Assembly (NCBI GenBank): GCA_964612665.1
Contig: CAZTCI010000001.1
Coordinates: forward strand, 380,896-444,895
Direction: 5' to 3'
Source: an uncultured Planctomycetales bacterium
GTDB taxonomy: Bacteria > Omnitrophota > Gorgyraeia > Zapsychrales > JAHFFX01
Length of the DNA: 64,000 nt
The position numbers and the translations under genes were made by a program. The notes under the pieces are model-generated. The model had not been told where the DNA came from and did no database searches. It saw only the letters and a list, made by a program, of their open reading frames with translations. Below, piece after piece: positions 35,878 to 46,444 of this stretch (positions within the stretch are counted from its first letter, which is position 1; every line of letters begins with the position of its first letter).

Positions 35878-37002
35878 TCAGACCAACCGCGCAGCAATTT
35901 CATCTAAAATTAACCGCCCTTGCGGAGTCACTTTTAAATATTTCTCTTCCTTCGCTAAAAACTTCCCTTCAATAAGCCGGCCAATTTCACCTTGCGCTTC
36001 CGTCGGCAAAGACAAACCAAACTGTTCAGTCACCTGAATTATATCAACACCTTTATTCATTCTTAAACCAAAAACAATTGTTTCCATCAAACGTTTTTGC
36101 AGAGATAACTCTTCCCGCGCTTCAACCGGTGACAAACCATTATTAAGTTTAATGATATAGTCATCGACCCGTTGCACATTCCACGAACGCACGCCGTTTA
36201 TGTGCGAATGAGCCCCAACACCCAGGCCAATATAATTACCGCCTTCCCAATAATTAAGATTGTGTTCCGATTCTCGTCGATGTTGAGCAAAATTGCTTAC
36301 TTCATATTGATTAAAACCAGTGTGCGCCAAAAGTTTTAAGACTAACTCATATTGAGCGGCCCTTTTTTCAGAATCATCCAATTGAACTTTGATGACATGA
36401 AAACGGCTGGGTTCTTCAATTGTTAGCGTGTATAAAGATAAATGCTCACTGTTAAGCGCTGTAATCGCGGTGACGTCTTCTTTGATCTCTTGGTCTGTTT
36501 GCCCCGGGAAAGAGTACATTAAATCGCAATTAATGTTTTGAAAACCACAAGCACGTAAGCTTTTAAAAGTTTGCACCGCTGTTGCCGCCGTGTGGCAGCG
36601 GCCGAGATATTTTAGATAACGGTCATTTAAAGTTTGTATCCCTAAACTAAAGCGGGTCACGCCTTCCTTTTTTAACAGCTCGAGTTTTTCCGGACTCAAA
36701 CCTTCAGGATTCCCCTCGACGGTAATCTCACATTCAGGCGACCACTTAAAATTTTCTTTTAGAATTTCAAAAAGTTCGGAAAGTTGCTCCGTATTTAAAT
36801 AAGTAGGGGTTCCCCCTCCCAAATAAATCGTTTGAACAAACGTTCCCGCGTATTGTTGAGCTTCTTTGGACAAACTATTGAGGTAAGGCTCAATACGGTT
36901 ATCGTGGCCCACAGCCACAACGAATGAGCAATAAAAACATTTTTTTTGGCAAAAAGGAATATGGATATACAGAGAAGTTTTCATAAAAATATTATCCGTC
37001 AT
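35878..37002 (-). CDS. hemW: radical SAM heme chaperone / oxygen-independent coproporphyrinogen oxidase-like
   Basis: 374 aa; CxxxCxxC (HIPFCQKKCFYCSF) radical SAM motif, HemN_C-like tail. Confidence 0.85.
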   Translation of the reverse strand: MTDNIFMKTSLYIHIPFCQKKCFYCSFVVAVGHDNRIEPYLNSLSKEAQQYAGTFVQTIYLGGGTPTYLNTEQLSELFEILKENFKWSPECEITVEGNPEGLSPEKLELLKKEGVTRFSLGIQTLNDRYLKYLGRCHTAATAVQTFKSLRACGFQNINCDLMYSFPGQTDQEIKEDVTAITALNSEHLSLYTLTIEEPSRFHVIKVQLDDSEKRAAQYELVLKLLAHTGFNQYEVSNFAQHRRESEHNLNYWEGGNYIGLGVGAHSHINGVRSWNVQRVDDYIIKLNNGLSPVEAREELSLQKRLMETIVFGLRMNKGVDIIQVTEQFGLSLPTEAQGEIGRLIEGKFLAKEEKYLKVTPQGRLILDEIAARLV

Positions 37003-37084
37003 TTTTTATAATAACATGTGCTTGGGAAATCTCCGAAATGAAATAGAGCAATATTTCAAGCGATGTTATAATGAATTCCATTTT

Positions 37085-37549
37085 ATGAGTAAAATTTTTC
37101 CTGCCTTAATCAGTTTCTTTTCTGGAACGTCATGGCGGCTCAAGCTTCCTGTTGTATTCATTCTCTTCATCATTTTAACTAACGCTTTAACGATTTTTAA
37201 GCATTGCCGAGAGGCTTCGCCAAAATTTACGGCCCGGACTTCTTTACCCGGCGCAGCCGAATCGCAAGAACCGGGTATGGAATTTGAAAGTTTCAGAAAC
37301 TTCCTCAAGGATGTTCCCAAAATTGATTTTCTAACGGACAAACCCATGGCCGCCGAGAATAACGACGGGCAATTCTTAGGCGCTCAATATATTTTGGTGC
37401 CTGTCTTTTTAGAGTTGAACGGCCATGATAACAAAATGGTACTCATTGATGCAACGAGCACCTTTGCCGGCAAACAAATGTTACAAGATATCAAAGCCCA
37501 AGCACTATCCGTTAATGCTTACGGAAAAATCCTGGCGGAACGGCAATGA
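37085..37549 (+). CDS. hypothetical membrane-anchored protein (likely start MSKIFPAL)
   Basis: N-terminal TM helix; ATGA overlap with downstream membrane protein gene. Confidence 0.4.
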   Translation: MSKIFPALISFFSGTSWRLKLPVVFILFIILTNALTIFKHCREASPKFTARTSLPGAAESQEPGMEFESFRNFLKDVPKIDFLTDKPMAAENNDGQFLGAQYILVPVFLELNGHDNKMVLIDATSTFAGKQMLQDIKAQALSVNAYGKILAERQ

Positions 37550-38880
37550 TAGCAATCTTTTCAATACTTCCTGCAGGGCTGTTAGTCATTCCTTTACTTT
37601 TTAGAAAAAAAAACCTTTCTTTTCTCTTTGTAATTTTTTTAGCGATCGGATTAGGCTCTGGCATAAACGCCTGCCTGACCTTTTTGGCTTTTTTAATAAG
37701 CGGACAATTCAATCCAAAAATAATTATCGGGTTGTATATCTTTGTAATCGGTTTTTTAATTGTAATGAATGTCTTTTTCCGACGTGATTCTATGCGGGGA
37801 TTCTTCCTTCCGGAATTTTGGAAATTCGATGGCTGGGATTTAGCTTTTATTGGTTCGTTGATAGAATTTGGTTTCCTGGCCTACACCTTTGCTGTTGTTC
37901 AGCATCCTTTTGGAGAATGGGATGGCTGGGCTTTATGGAATATGAAAACAAAATTCCTCATCTTCGGCGGTGAACGGTGGCAAGATATTTTTAAACTGCA
38001 TTGGCACACCCAGCCAGATTATCCGCTTTTACTTCCATTCTTAAACGCCTGGCAATTTGCCGTCGGGCCAGAGAATCTTCAGCAAATTACGCTCAATACC
38101 GGAGTATTATTTACCTTAAGTACCGCCGGGCTGTTGTATACCGGGCTGAGCCGGTTAATTCCAAAGGGAATGGCTTTCTTAACTTTTATTGTTCTGTCGT
38201 CACATTATTCTTATATTTTCCGCGGCACCGCTCAATATGCGGATATTCTTTTAGCCTATTATATTTTGGCCGTGCTCTTAGGAATTAAACTGTCTTTTAA
38301 AGAGAATAGCAAAGAATGGTTAATATTAAGCGGTATCTTCGCCGGATTCATGGCATTTACTAAAAACGAAGGATTAACAATCGCCTTACTTATTATTTTG
38401 ATCTTACTCGCGCTCTCTCTTGCCAAACGTTTTGCAGTCAGCCGTTTGATGATCACGGCTTATCTAACCGGCCTTGTGCCCAGCCTTTTGCCGACGGTGT
38501 TCTTTAAGATTTTCTTGGCGCCCGCAAACCGCGATATTCTTCTTTTCGATCCTCACGCTCACTTAAAATTCTTTAATTTTGAAGGCTGCTATATTATTTT
38601 GTCATCTTTGAACTGGGCTTTGGGTTTAGACGACTGGAAATTTACTTGGCTTTTAATTCTATTTCTAATTCTCTTAAACGCCCGCCAGCTTTATGCAAAC
38701 GAAAATAAACTTCTCACTCTTTTTTTTATCACTTATTTTATAATTATCTTTTTCATTTACTTAACGACCGTGAACTTCGATCTTTCCTGGCGGTTGAACC
38801 GGACATTGCCTAGGATTTTGCTATATGTTTTACCATCGCTTCTATTTTTTAGTTTTACGATGGGTTGGGAGAAAAAATAA
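37546..38880 (+). CDS. polytopic integral membrane protein (GT-C-like?), hypothetical
   Basis: 444 aa, >=11 TM helices; operon with YfhO-like gene. Confidence 0.4.
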   Translation: MIAIFSILPAGLLVIPLLFRKKNLSFLFVIFLAIGLGSGINACLTFLAFLISGQFNPKIIIGLYIFVIGFLIVMNVFFRRDSMRGFFLPEFWKFDGWDLAFIGSLIEFGFLAYTFAVVQHPFGEWDGWALWNMKTKFLIFGGERWQDIFKLHWHTQPDYPLLLPFLNAWQFAVGPENLQQITLNTGVLFTLSTAGLLYTGLSRLIPKGMAFLTFIVLSSHYSYIFRGTAQYADILLAYYILAVLLGIKLSFKENSKEWLILSGIFAGFMAFTKNEGLTIALLIILILLALSLAKRFAVSRLMITAYLTGLVPSLLPTVFFKIFLAPANRDILLFDPHAHLKFFNFEGCYIILSSLNWALGLDDWKFTWLLILFLILLNARQLYANENKLLTLFFITYFIIIFFIYLTTVNFDLSWRLNRTLPRILLYVLPSLLFFSFTMGWEKK

Positions 38881-38883
38881 CTC

Positions 38884-41244
38884 ATGCCAAAAATGAAACC
38901 ATGGCAAGAATATAGCTTGATTGGCGTTATCCTTTTTCTTTTATTGGCCGTCTTTTTTTACGATATATTTTTCTGGGGCAAGACTTTTAAAGTCACAACC
39001 GCCAGTTCCCAGGCCATGTTCGATGGAGTTTACGGTCAAAGTAATAACAAGCCCAAATTTATTCCCGTCAATGGAACGGACGCGGCGGTATTGGAAGAAC
39101 CCATTTGGGAATTTATCCGCAACAATATCCGCCAAGGCATTCTTCCTTTATGGAATCCGCATCAAGCGTGTGGATTTCCTTTGATCGGTATGCTTGAGGT
39201 CGGACTCTTCTTTCCCCTTCATCTAATTTTGATTATTTTTCCAAACATTTACGCCTGGGACATTCTGATTCTAAGCCGATTTCTTTTGAGTGGGCTTTTT
39301 ATCTATATTCTCATGCGGCGCTGGCGTTTTTCCCGAGCTTCGGCCATCATCAGTGCGATTGTTTTTATGTTTAGCGGCCCAATGATTGTCCTTCAATATT
39401 GGACAGTCAACGTCGACATTCTGGCGCCTCTTATCATTTTATGTTTAGAAGAGTTAATAGCTTATCCGACGTTGCGGCGCATGGTAGGAACGGCCCTAGT
39501 GGTTGCGTTAACTTTTTTTGCCGGGCATCCGGAACATATTTTCTTAGTGAACGTGGTTGGATTTTTATTTTTTTGCTTCCGGCTTTATACACGGCGCGAC
39601 AAAACAAATCCCGCCAAAGCGATCAAATTACTTTTTATCTCTTATGCATTGGGGATTGGACTGGCCGCGGTTGTGCTATTACCATTTCTCTTTAATTTAA
39701 AATACGAATTCTGGCATGGCCATCCGCCGGGCACAGGTTTGACGACGGGAGAATTTAGAGAAAGGATTATTACGCTTGGACTTCCTTTCTTTTTTCAAAA
39801 GGAAACGCTGGATTACGAATGGAATTTTTCCGGCTGGTGGGGCGGTTATTTAGGTATCCTGCCTTTAATGCTGGCGATTGTCAGTCTATTCAACCGGCAT
39901 AAACATTTTCTAAATTATTTTTTCGTTATCTTGGCTTTCTTAATGATCGCCAAGTCTTATAGTTTTGCTTTTATCAATTGGATTGGGTATCTGCCGGTTT
40001 TTGATAATTGCCGGTATTATATTCATACTCCCCATTTAGTCGCCTTATGTGTGAGTTTAGCAGCGGGGATGGGTGTCCGGACTGTGATCGTCGGGAAAAA
40101 GGCGTTTTTAAAAAGTCGGGTCCTCAGCGTGGTTTTTGTAATAGTTATTGGAATTAATTTATGGTTGGTACGTTCCACTCATTACTGGCCAACTGCGATA
40201 GCCGCGAGCCGATTTGCCTGGGTCGTAATGTTTTATTTTTTGCTTATTCTGTGGTTTAAAGACAACAAAAAGATCAGCAAACAATTTGCCGCAGGCTGTC
40301 TGATATTTATTCTCTGTTTCGAACTTTTCAACTATGTTCATCGCGAACGTGTTTACCGGTTTAATTCTTTCCCCAAAGTTCCTTACATTGATTTTCTTAA
40401 GAAACAAGAACCACGCGCGCGATCTTATGGGATATTCTGGGACTTTTATCCCAACACGGCGACCGGATTTGGCGTCGATGATTTCGGGATTTTCTTTAGC
40501 CTGCTTCCCAAACGTTTTGTTTATTTCGTCAACACCTTGATTAAACCCAATAACTTTCAAAGCGACCTGCGGCCGCCAGCGTTGCGTGCGATTCCTCTCG
40601 TTGACCAAGGGAAAGAATATTTAAATTTATTAAATGTTAAATATTTTGTTTCTCCGCCGACGCCAGACATGCGCAAGCTTTTAAATAATTTTGATGAGAT
40701 CCCACTTTTTCAAAACAGAGTTTATAGCGGTGAAGCAAACATCTATCCGCGGCGCTTGGCTTTGGAGCGCAGCTTTGTTGTGCACCGGACGATTTCAACG
40801 AATGATGAAAAAACTGTTCCAGTTATCCTCAAGCAAATCGAACCTCTTTTGAACAAAGTAATTGTAATCAACAATCCGCCGTCTTCTATAATCGTGAAAC
40901 TCGAACACATGCTTAAATCCGCGCCGCCCGACGATAATTCTCAGGCGCAGGTGATTTCTTATTCAGCGAATGAGGTGTTGATTGATGCGGATTTAAAAAA
41001 CCCGGGGCTGGTTGTTTTAAGCGACAGCTTTCATCCTGAATGGAAGGCGTATGTGGATGGTAACCCTTCTTATATTTTTCAAACGGATTATCTAATCCGC
41101 TCGGTTCTGGTTGATAGAGGAAAACACCGGATCCGTTTTGCTTTTCAACCGGCGTCTTTTTATATCGGAGGCTGGATCAGCTTGCTATGTGCTTTGATTG
41201 TCCTTATTGTCTGGACAAAATCCCATCGGCAAAATCCCATTTAA
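38884..41244 (+). CDS. YfhO-family membrane glycosyltransferase-like protein
   Basis: 786 aa; ~13 N-terminal TM helices, ~280-aa extracytoplasmic domain, single C-terminal TM (GGWISLLCALIVLIVW) = YfhO architecture. Confidence 0.5.
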   Translation: MPKMKPWQEYSLIGVILFLLLAVFFYDIFFWGKTFKVTTASSQAMFDGVYGQSNNKPKFIPVNGTDAAVLEEPIWEFIRNNIRQGILPLWNPHQACGFPLIGMLEVGLFFPLHLILIIFPNIYAWDILILSRFLLSGLFIYILMRRWRFSRASAIISAIVFMFSGPMIVLQYWTVNVDILAPLIILCLEELIAYPTLRRMVGTALVVALTFFAGHPEHIFLVNVVGFLFFCFRLYTRRDKTNPAKAIKLLFISYALGIGLAAVVLLPFLFNLKYEFWHGHPPGTGLTTGEFRERIITLGLPFFFQKETLDYEWNFSGWWGGYLGILPLMLAIVSLFNRHKHFLNYFFVILAFLMIAKSYSFAFINWIGYLPVFDNCRYYIHTPHLVALCVSLAAGMGVRTVIVGKKAFLKSRVLSVVFVIVIGINLWLVRSTHYWPTAIAASRFAWVVMFYFLLILWFKDNKKISKQFAAGCLIFILCFELFNYVHRERVYRFNSFPKVPYIDFLKKQEPRARSYGIFWDFYPNTATGFGVDDFGIFFSLLPKRFVYFVNTLIKPNNFQSDLRPPALRAIPLVDQGKEYLNLLNVKYFVSPPTPDMRKLLNNFDEIPLFQNRVYSGEANIYPRRLALERSFVVHRTISTNDEKTVPVILKQIEPLLNKVIVINNPPSSIIVKLEHMLKSAPPDDNSQAQVISYSANEVLIDADLKNPGLVVLSDSFHPEWKAYVDGNPSYIFQTDYLIRSVLVDRGKHRIRFAFQPASFYIGGWISLLCALIVLIVWTKSHRQNPI

Positions 41245-41452
41245 CAACTTCCACAGCACAGCACAGGACCGTTTCTTTATTACCCTTACTTCTACAATAA
41301 CTTCTGTAGGAACGGGTACATTTCAATTAATTTTTTTAATCGTTAGATTGCCCTGCTCGAATGGGGACACTTCCATCAAAACTCTCTGGAATGGCTAGAG
41401 ATAAAAGAAAACGGTCCTGTATTTCTGCAAGAACCCTAAAGAACCCTATGGA

Positions 41453-42211
41453 TTATCGGTTACTAGACTGACTGACGAGATTATTATTTCTGGGGGCATC
41501 GGAAAAACGGTTAATCATAACAGCGAAGATAATTCCCAACTCATATAACAGCAACAAAGGAATCGCCATTAAACATTGTGAGCAGACATCCGGCGGGGTT
41601 AGGATCGCGCTCACGATAAAAATAAAAACAACGGCGTAGCGCCGCTGCTGCCGTAAGAATTCGGGAGTCGCGATACCAATTTTTGTTAAAAAAACCAAAA
41701 GCAAAGGAAATTCAAAGACGACGCCAAAAGACAAAACAAACGTCGTTACAAAATTCATATACTGGCTTACCGTAATCATTGGGACTAACGTAGCGGAAGA
41801 AAAACTCAGCAGGAATTTTAAAGAGATGGGAATAATTACAAAATAACCAAACACAATACCGACTATAAAAAAAATAAATGAAATCGGCCCGAAAAAATAA
41901 ACGTATTTCTTTTCTGAATCCGTGAGCGCCTGCCTGACAAACGCCCAGAACTGATACAAAAAAAAAGGAAAGCTTACTAAAAAGCCTCCCCACAACGTGA
42001 TCGTCATGTAAGTTCCAAACGCCTCGCCAGGCGCTGTAAAAACCAAATGCCCGACGGGCTCAATTAAAAACTCCAGAATGCGGTCACTAAAACCGTATAC
42101 CCCAAAACAAACCAGTATAAAAACAATAAACGACTTAATGAGCCGGCCCCGAAGCTCCTCTAAATGTTCCCAAAATGATAAACTGGAAATGCCTTGATCA
42201 TTTTTTCTCAT
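41453..42211 (-). CDS. tatC: twin-arginine translocase subunit TatC
   Basis: 252 aa; six TM; N-terminal [13 protein letters not shown] TatC motif. Confidence 0.9.
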   Translation of the reverse strand: MRKNDQGISSLSFWEHLEELRGRLIKSFIVFILVCFGVYGFSDRILEFLIEPVGHLVFTAPGEAFGTYMTITLWGGFLVSFPFFLYQFWAFVRQALTDSEKKYVYFFGPISFIFFIVGIVFGYFVIIPISLKFLLSFSSATLVPMITVSQYMNFVTTFVLSFGVVFEFPLLLVFLTKIGIATPEFLRQQRRYAVVFIFIVSAILTPPDVCSQCLMAIPLLLLYELGIIFAVMINRFSDAPRNNNLVSQSSNR

Positions 42212-42377
42212 CTTTGGGGGGTTCTTTAATATCGTGTTCTATGTCGCTGGCAGCTTTCTTAAATTCCTTAAGAGCTCGTCCAATCGCCGCGCCAATTTCA
42301 GGTAAACGCGCCGGCCCAAAAAAGATTAAAATGATAACCAAGATTAAAAGCAGTTCTCCTATCCCGATACGTCCCAT
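42195..42377 (-). CDS. tatA: twin-arginine translocase subunit TatA/E (60 aa, missed by >=60-aa ORF track)
   Basis: [45 protein letters not shown]...; stop overlaps tatC start. Confidence 0.85.
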
Positions 42378-42511
42378 GACCAGGTCCCTCCTTTTAAAAT
42401 TATTTTAGAATGTAAGCGCAGATAAATGCTGAAAGAAAACCAGCGAGGACAGTATAGCATAACAATGGAAGGAAGTGATGAAGCGCGGTGACATAAAAGT
42501 GTCGCCCGTAA

Positions 42512-43009
42512 CTATTCTAAGGCTACGCGATAATAATCTTTTGAATACTGATCGATCGAAGATTGGGATTTAACGTAAGAAATAATATCAAAGGGAAGAT
42601 CGACTGTGACGCTGTCAATGACTCGATCACCGTCGTAAACATTCAACTTACTTCCCGGTCGAAGTCCATTTAAAGCGCCGAGAGTAATAATCATATATTC
42701 AGTCTTGCGGTCGATCCATAAATAACCGCTCGTTCGTTTGCTTTCGGTATCGCCGTAAAGGCTTTGCGCGCGTTCAACCAGGCTGTCCAATTTAACCGGC
42801 CCTTTGGCGGCGAGTTCGGTGGTTGTCATTTTAGTGCGCAGCGCCTCGTTTTCCTCAGCGAGCTTGCCCATTTGGGATTTCATTTCGGAAAGTTCCTTTC
42901 TCGTCGTATTTTTTTCTTTACTGGAACTCCCCATCATGACAGCCCACACGACAATAGCAGCGACGATAAAAATCAAACCATAAAAAATTGTTTTATTTTG
43001 GTTAGCCAT
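42512..43009 (-). CDS. hypothetical membrane-anchored coiled-coil protein
   Basis: 165 aa; N-terminal TM, coiled-coil (SEMKSQMGKLAEENEALRTK). Confidence 0.45.
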   Translation of the reverse strand: MANQNKTIFYGLIFIVAAIVVWAVMMGSSSKEKNTTRKELSEMKSQMGKLAEENEALRTKMTTTELAAKGPVKLDSLVERAQSLYGDTESKRTSGYLWIDRKTEYMIITLGALNGLRPGSKLNVYDGDRVIDSVTVDLPFDIISYVKSQSSIDQYSKDYYRVALE

Positions 43010-43107
43010 AGATTCCTTTTGGGTAAAAGGTTTTAAAGAATTGATAACGAATTAGCCATTTTTTAACACGCCGCCCCACGCTTGTCAATTACAGAAAGCT
43101 TTTTTTT

Positions 43108-43241
43108 CAACCGTCTTTTTTCTTCGCCGAATCCGAACATCCGCATCCGCCACCGCACCCGCCTTTCTTTTTTAAGCGGGATACGAGATACAAAATAGCC
43201 AGAACAACGACAGCACCCATTGCTATTGTTTGAATATTCAT
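43108..43241 (-). CDS. FeoB-associated Cys-rich membrane peptide (44 aa)
   Basis: MNIQTIAMGAVVVLAILYLVSRLKKKGGCGGGCGCSDSAKKKDG: TM helix + GGCGGGCGC motif, immediately downstream of feoB. Confidence 0.7.
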
Positions 43242-43305
43242 GAAGCCGCTCCTTTCTCTAATTTTTCTTCCAAACCTGCCCAACACCGGGTGTTGGGCAG
43301 GTTTT

Positions 43306-45420
43306 TTATGAAAACCCCAACCAATGTCCGCCCTGATAAACTAACAACGCCATCAAATAAGCGAGGCCCGTCATATAAACAATCTGAAAAAGCGGCCAGC
43401 GCCAGCTGTTGGTTTCGCGAAAAACAATTGAAACCGTGCTCATGCATTGCATCGCGAATACATAAAAAACCATCAAACTCACGCATGACAGCGGCGTAAA
43501 AAGCGGCCGCCCGTCGTGCCAGCGCGCCGAACGAAACGCCTTACGCAGCGGTTCGCTTTGCTCGTTGGTTTGATCAATGTTAAACACAATGTTCATGGTG
43601 CTCACAAAAACTTCGCGCGCGGCAAATGAACCGATCAGTCCAATGCCGATCCGCCAATCATAGCCGAGCGGTTTGATAACCGGTTCCAATAAAACGCCTG
43701 TCTTTCCGGCGAAACTATTCTTTAAACTCTCGTCGGGTGAAGCGCCAATTCTTTTAGGATAACTCATAAGCGCCCACAAGACAATCGACAAAGCGAAGAT
43801 CATTGTCCCTGCGCGTTTTAAAAAAAGACAGCTGCGTTCCCACATGTGAAGCAAAACAGTTTTTAAAGCCGGCATTCTGTACGGTGGGAGTTCCATAATG
43901 AGTACTGGCGTCTGTCGTTTAAAAAGAGTTTTTTTCAAAATGACCGCAACACAAAAAGCGCCAATTATGCCCAACAAGTACATAACAAGCATAATGCCAG
44001 CTTTTTGTAAAGGCGATGCCGTCGGGATGAGCGTGGCAATTAAAACAGTATAAACTGGCAGCCGCGCCGAACAACTCATCAAAGGCGCGATCAGAATCGT
44101 GACAAGTCTGTCTTTGGGATTTTCAATGGAACGCGTTGCCATGATTCCTGGAATCGCGCAGGCGAATGAACTTAAAAGTGGAATAAATGATTTTCCGTGT
44201 AAGCCGGCTTTACTCATTACACGATCCATAATAAAAGCCGCCCTGGCCATGTAACCGGTATCCTGCAAAAGTCCGATAAAGAAAAACAAAATCAAAATCT
44301 GCGGCAGAAAAATAACAACGCCGCCAACGCCGGCAATAATACCGTCGGTAATCAAATCCCTTAAATCCCCGGCCGGCATGATTGTGCGGACCGTATTGGC
44401 GAGACCCACAAAAACTTTATCAATCCAATCCATCGGATACGTCGCCACCGAAAAAATTGTAAAGAACATAAAAGCCATCAGGCCAATAAAAATAATCCAT
44501 CCCCACAGGCGGTGCGTTAAGACGGCATCCAACCGGTCGCTTTTACTTAAACTTGAAACACCTGTTTCGCGAATTGTATTTTTTAAAATATTTTGTATCC
44601 AGCTATACCGCGCTTCAATCGCTGCCGAACGCCAATTGATGCCGGAGGCAGTCAAATTTTTCCGGATATTTTGAACGCACTGTGAAATCTGCGTGACTCC
44701 GTCGGATAAATCGCCCCATTGTTTGTCTTCATGGGCAATGAGAATTTGGGCTTCGCTAAAGGCAGTTTTTTCATCAAGCTTCTGATGGATTGCAAGTGCT
44801 TTAATTAAAGGAACAATTTCTTTTTCCATAACTTCAGGCATCCGCCATTGTCTTTGATAAACGGCTTTGGTTTCACTGCCAATCGCTCTTTTTAAAGCTT
44901 CGAGTCCTTCTTGGGTCGTCGCAACCATTTGAATCACTGGAACGCCCAGTGCCTTAGAAAGCCCGTCGACATCGATCGTTTTGCCTTGTTGTAAAGCCGT
45001 GTCCATCATATTGAGCGCGATAATCATCGGTAATCCTAAATCTTGAATCTGTGTAACCAGATAAAGATTCCGCTCGCAATTACTCGCGTCAACAACGCAG
45101 ACAACCAGATCAGGTTTGGGCGTGTCTTCAACTCTTCCTAAAAGAACGTCACGGGCGATTTTTTCATCGGGCGAACGCACCGCGAGACTATAGGTGCCGG
45201 GCAGATCAAGGATATTAATAATTCTGTTTTCAGCACTCACCATCCGTCCCAATTTTTTCTCGACGGTCACACCGGGATAATTGCCGACCTTTTGTTTTAA
45301 CTTTGTCAACGCGTTAAAGACGGTTGTTTTACCGGAATTAGGATTTCCAGCGAGCGCGACGAGTAATGGTTTTTGAGTTTGAGTTACTGGCGATTCTGAA
45401 ATGAGCGGTGAGTTAGGCAT
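43306..45420 (-). CDS. feoB: ferrous iron transporter FeoB (likely start MPNSPL at 45420; track ORF over-extended to 45543)
   Basis: G-domain (GNPNSGKTTVFNAL, DLPG), gate motifs and three permease regions. Confidence 0.92.
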   Translation of the reverse strand: MPNSPLISESPVTQTQKPLLVALAGNPNSGKTTVFNALTKLKQKVGNYPGVTVEKKLGRMVSAENRIINILDLPGTYSLAVRSPDEKIARDVLLGRVEDTPKPDLVVCVVDASNCERNLYLVTQIQDLGLPMIIALNMMDTALQQGKTIDVDGLSKALGVPVIQMVATTQEGLEALKRAIGSETKAVYQRQWRMPEVMEKEIVPLIKALAIHQKLDEKTAFSEAQILIAHEDKQWGDLSDGVTQISQCVQNIRKNLTASGINWRSAAIEARYSWIQNILKNTIRETGVSSLSKSDRLDAVLTHRLWGWIIFIGLMAFMFFTIFSVATYPMDWIDKVFVGLANTVRTIMPAGDLRDLITDGIIAGVGGVVIFLPQILILFFFIGLLQDTGYMARAAFIMDRVMSKAGLHGKSFIPLLSSFACAIPGIMATRSIENPKDRLVTILIAPLMSCSARLPVYTVLIATLIPTASPLQKAGIMLVMYLLGIIGAFCVAVILKKTLFKRQTPVLIMELPPYRMPALKTVLLHMWERSCLFLKRAGTMIFALSIVLWALMSYPKRIGASPDESLKNSFAGKTGVLLEPVIKPLGYDWRIGIGLIGSFAAREVFVSTMNIVFNIDQTNEQSEPLRKAFRSARWHDGRPLFTPLSCVSLMVFYVFAMQCMSTVSIVFRETNSWRWPLFQIVYMTGLAYLMALLVYQGGHWLGFS

Positions 45421-45427
45421 AATTAAA

Positions 45428-45664
45428 TTAATTTGGGAGGCTAATTTGAATAGCTTCCGCTTCTTGGCGGCGTAAGGAAAGATGATAGCCGCGGACTTTA
45501 ATGTCAATCGGATCACCGAGCGGTGCAAAGCGGACAACTTCAACCTGCGTACCGCGGGTCAATCCCATTTCTAAAAGACGCTGGCAGATTTCATCCTGGC
45601 CAGAAAGATTTTGGACTTCGCCTTTTTGGCCAACAGACATTTGGCTTAAAGGAATAATTGACAT
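45428..45664 (-). CDS. feoA: FeoA family protein
   Basis: 78 aa SH3-like FeoA (GQKGEVQNLSG...LEMGLTRGTQVEVVR). Confidence 0.85.
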   Translation of the reverse strand: MSIIPLSQMSVGQKGEVQNLSGQDEICQRLLEMGLTRGTQVEVVRFAPLGDPIDIKVRGYHLSLRRQEAEAIQISLPN

Positions 45665-45697
45665 AAATAATCCTGAAAAGAAATTTTTTTACAATAG

Positions 45698-45925
45698 CTA
45701 TCGACTGATAGCTTCGACGAGAATGTTTTTGGCAAGATACTTACTTAAGGCGACTTTGACGCCGCAGACATGGCAGATGCAGGCACCGCCCTGGGAAATT
45801 TTTTTGACTTCGGCAAATTCGCAAAAACCCATCTCACGCAGGCGCTGGCAAACGGCCGGTTCAGCCTGAATGGCTTTGATTCGGACAGGAAGGTCAACTG
45901 AAATGTCGCAGAGATTAGTGGTCAT
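45698..45925 (-). CDS. feoA: second FeoA-domain protein
   Basis: CDISVDLPVRIKAIQAEPAVCQRLREMGFCEFAEVKK; likely start MTTNLCD. Confidence 0.7.
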   Translation of the reverse strand: MTTNLCDISVDLPVRIKAIQAEPAVCQRLREMGFCEFAEVKKISQGGACICHVCGVKVALSKYLAKNILVEAISR

Positions 45926-46424
45926 AAGATTTATTAGGGGCAATAGTTTGTTTTTCAGCACATCGGTCACAATAACCGTTAATGACGTTGGTCCGCCATA
46001 ATATTTTAAACTTTTGTTTTTGACAGATTTTCTTTTGGGCTTCTTCTAATTCTTTGGAATAAAATTCGACGAGTGTTCCGCAGCCTAGACAACGGAAATG
46101 ATCATGCTCAAAATGGCCGAGCGTGCGTTCATACAAGGTTTGTCCGGCTTCGGCAACCGATTCTCTTAAAAGACCCGCGTCTAAAAAATAAGGAACTGAT
46201 CTATAAATGGAGGTTTTGGCAATTTTGGAGTGCGGATGGTGCTGACGGATCCGGGAAAAAAGTTCGTCAACATGAAAATGCCCGTCGGCGCGGTAGATTT
46301 CTTTGATGATGATCTCGCGTTCAGGCGTGTAGCGCATTTTTTTTTGGGTGCAATATTTTCGAAAAAGGTCCAAGGCTTCGTTAATGGCGTCGATGGAAGC
46401 TTGGGCTGGATTGGGTGTCTTCAT
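45915..46424 (-). CDS. fur: Fur-family metalloregulator
   Basis: 169 aa; HHPHS...HFHVDELF, HDHFRCLGCG and CDRC metal-site motifs. Confidence 0.88.
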   Translation of the reverse strand: MKTPNPAQASIDAINEALDLFRKYCTQKKMRYTPEREIIIKEIYRADGHFHVDELFSRIRQHHPHSKIAKTSIYRSVPYFLDAGLLRESVAEAGQTLYERTLGHFEHDHFRCLGCGTLVEFYSKELEEAQKKICQKQKFKILWRTNVINGYCDRCAEKQTIAPNKSYDH

Positions 46425-46444
46425 TTCGATTGTTTAAATAGTTA

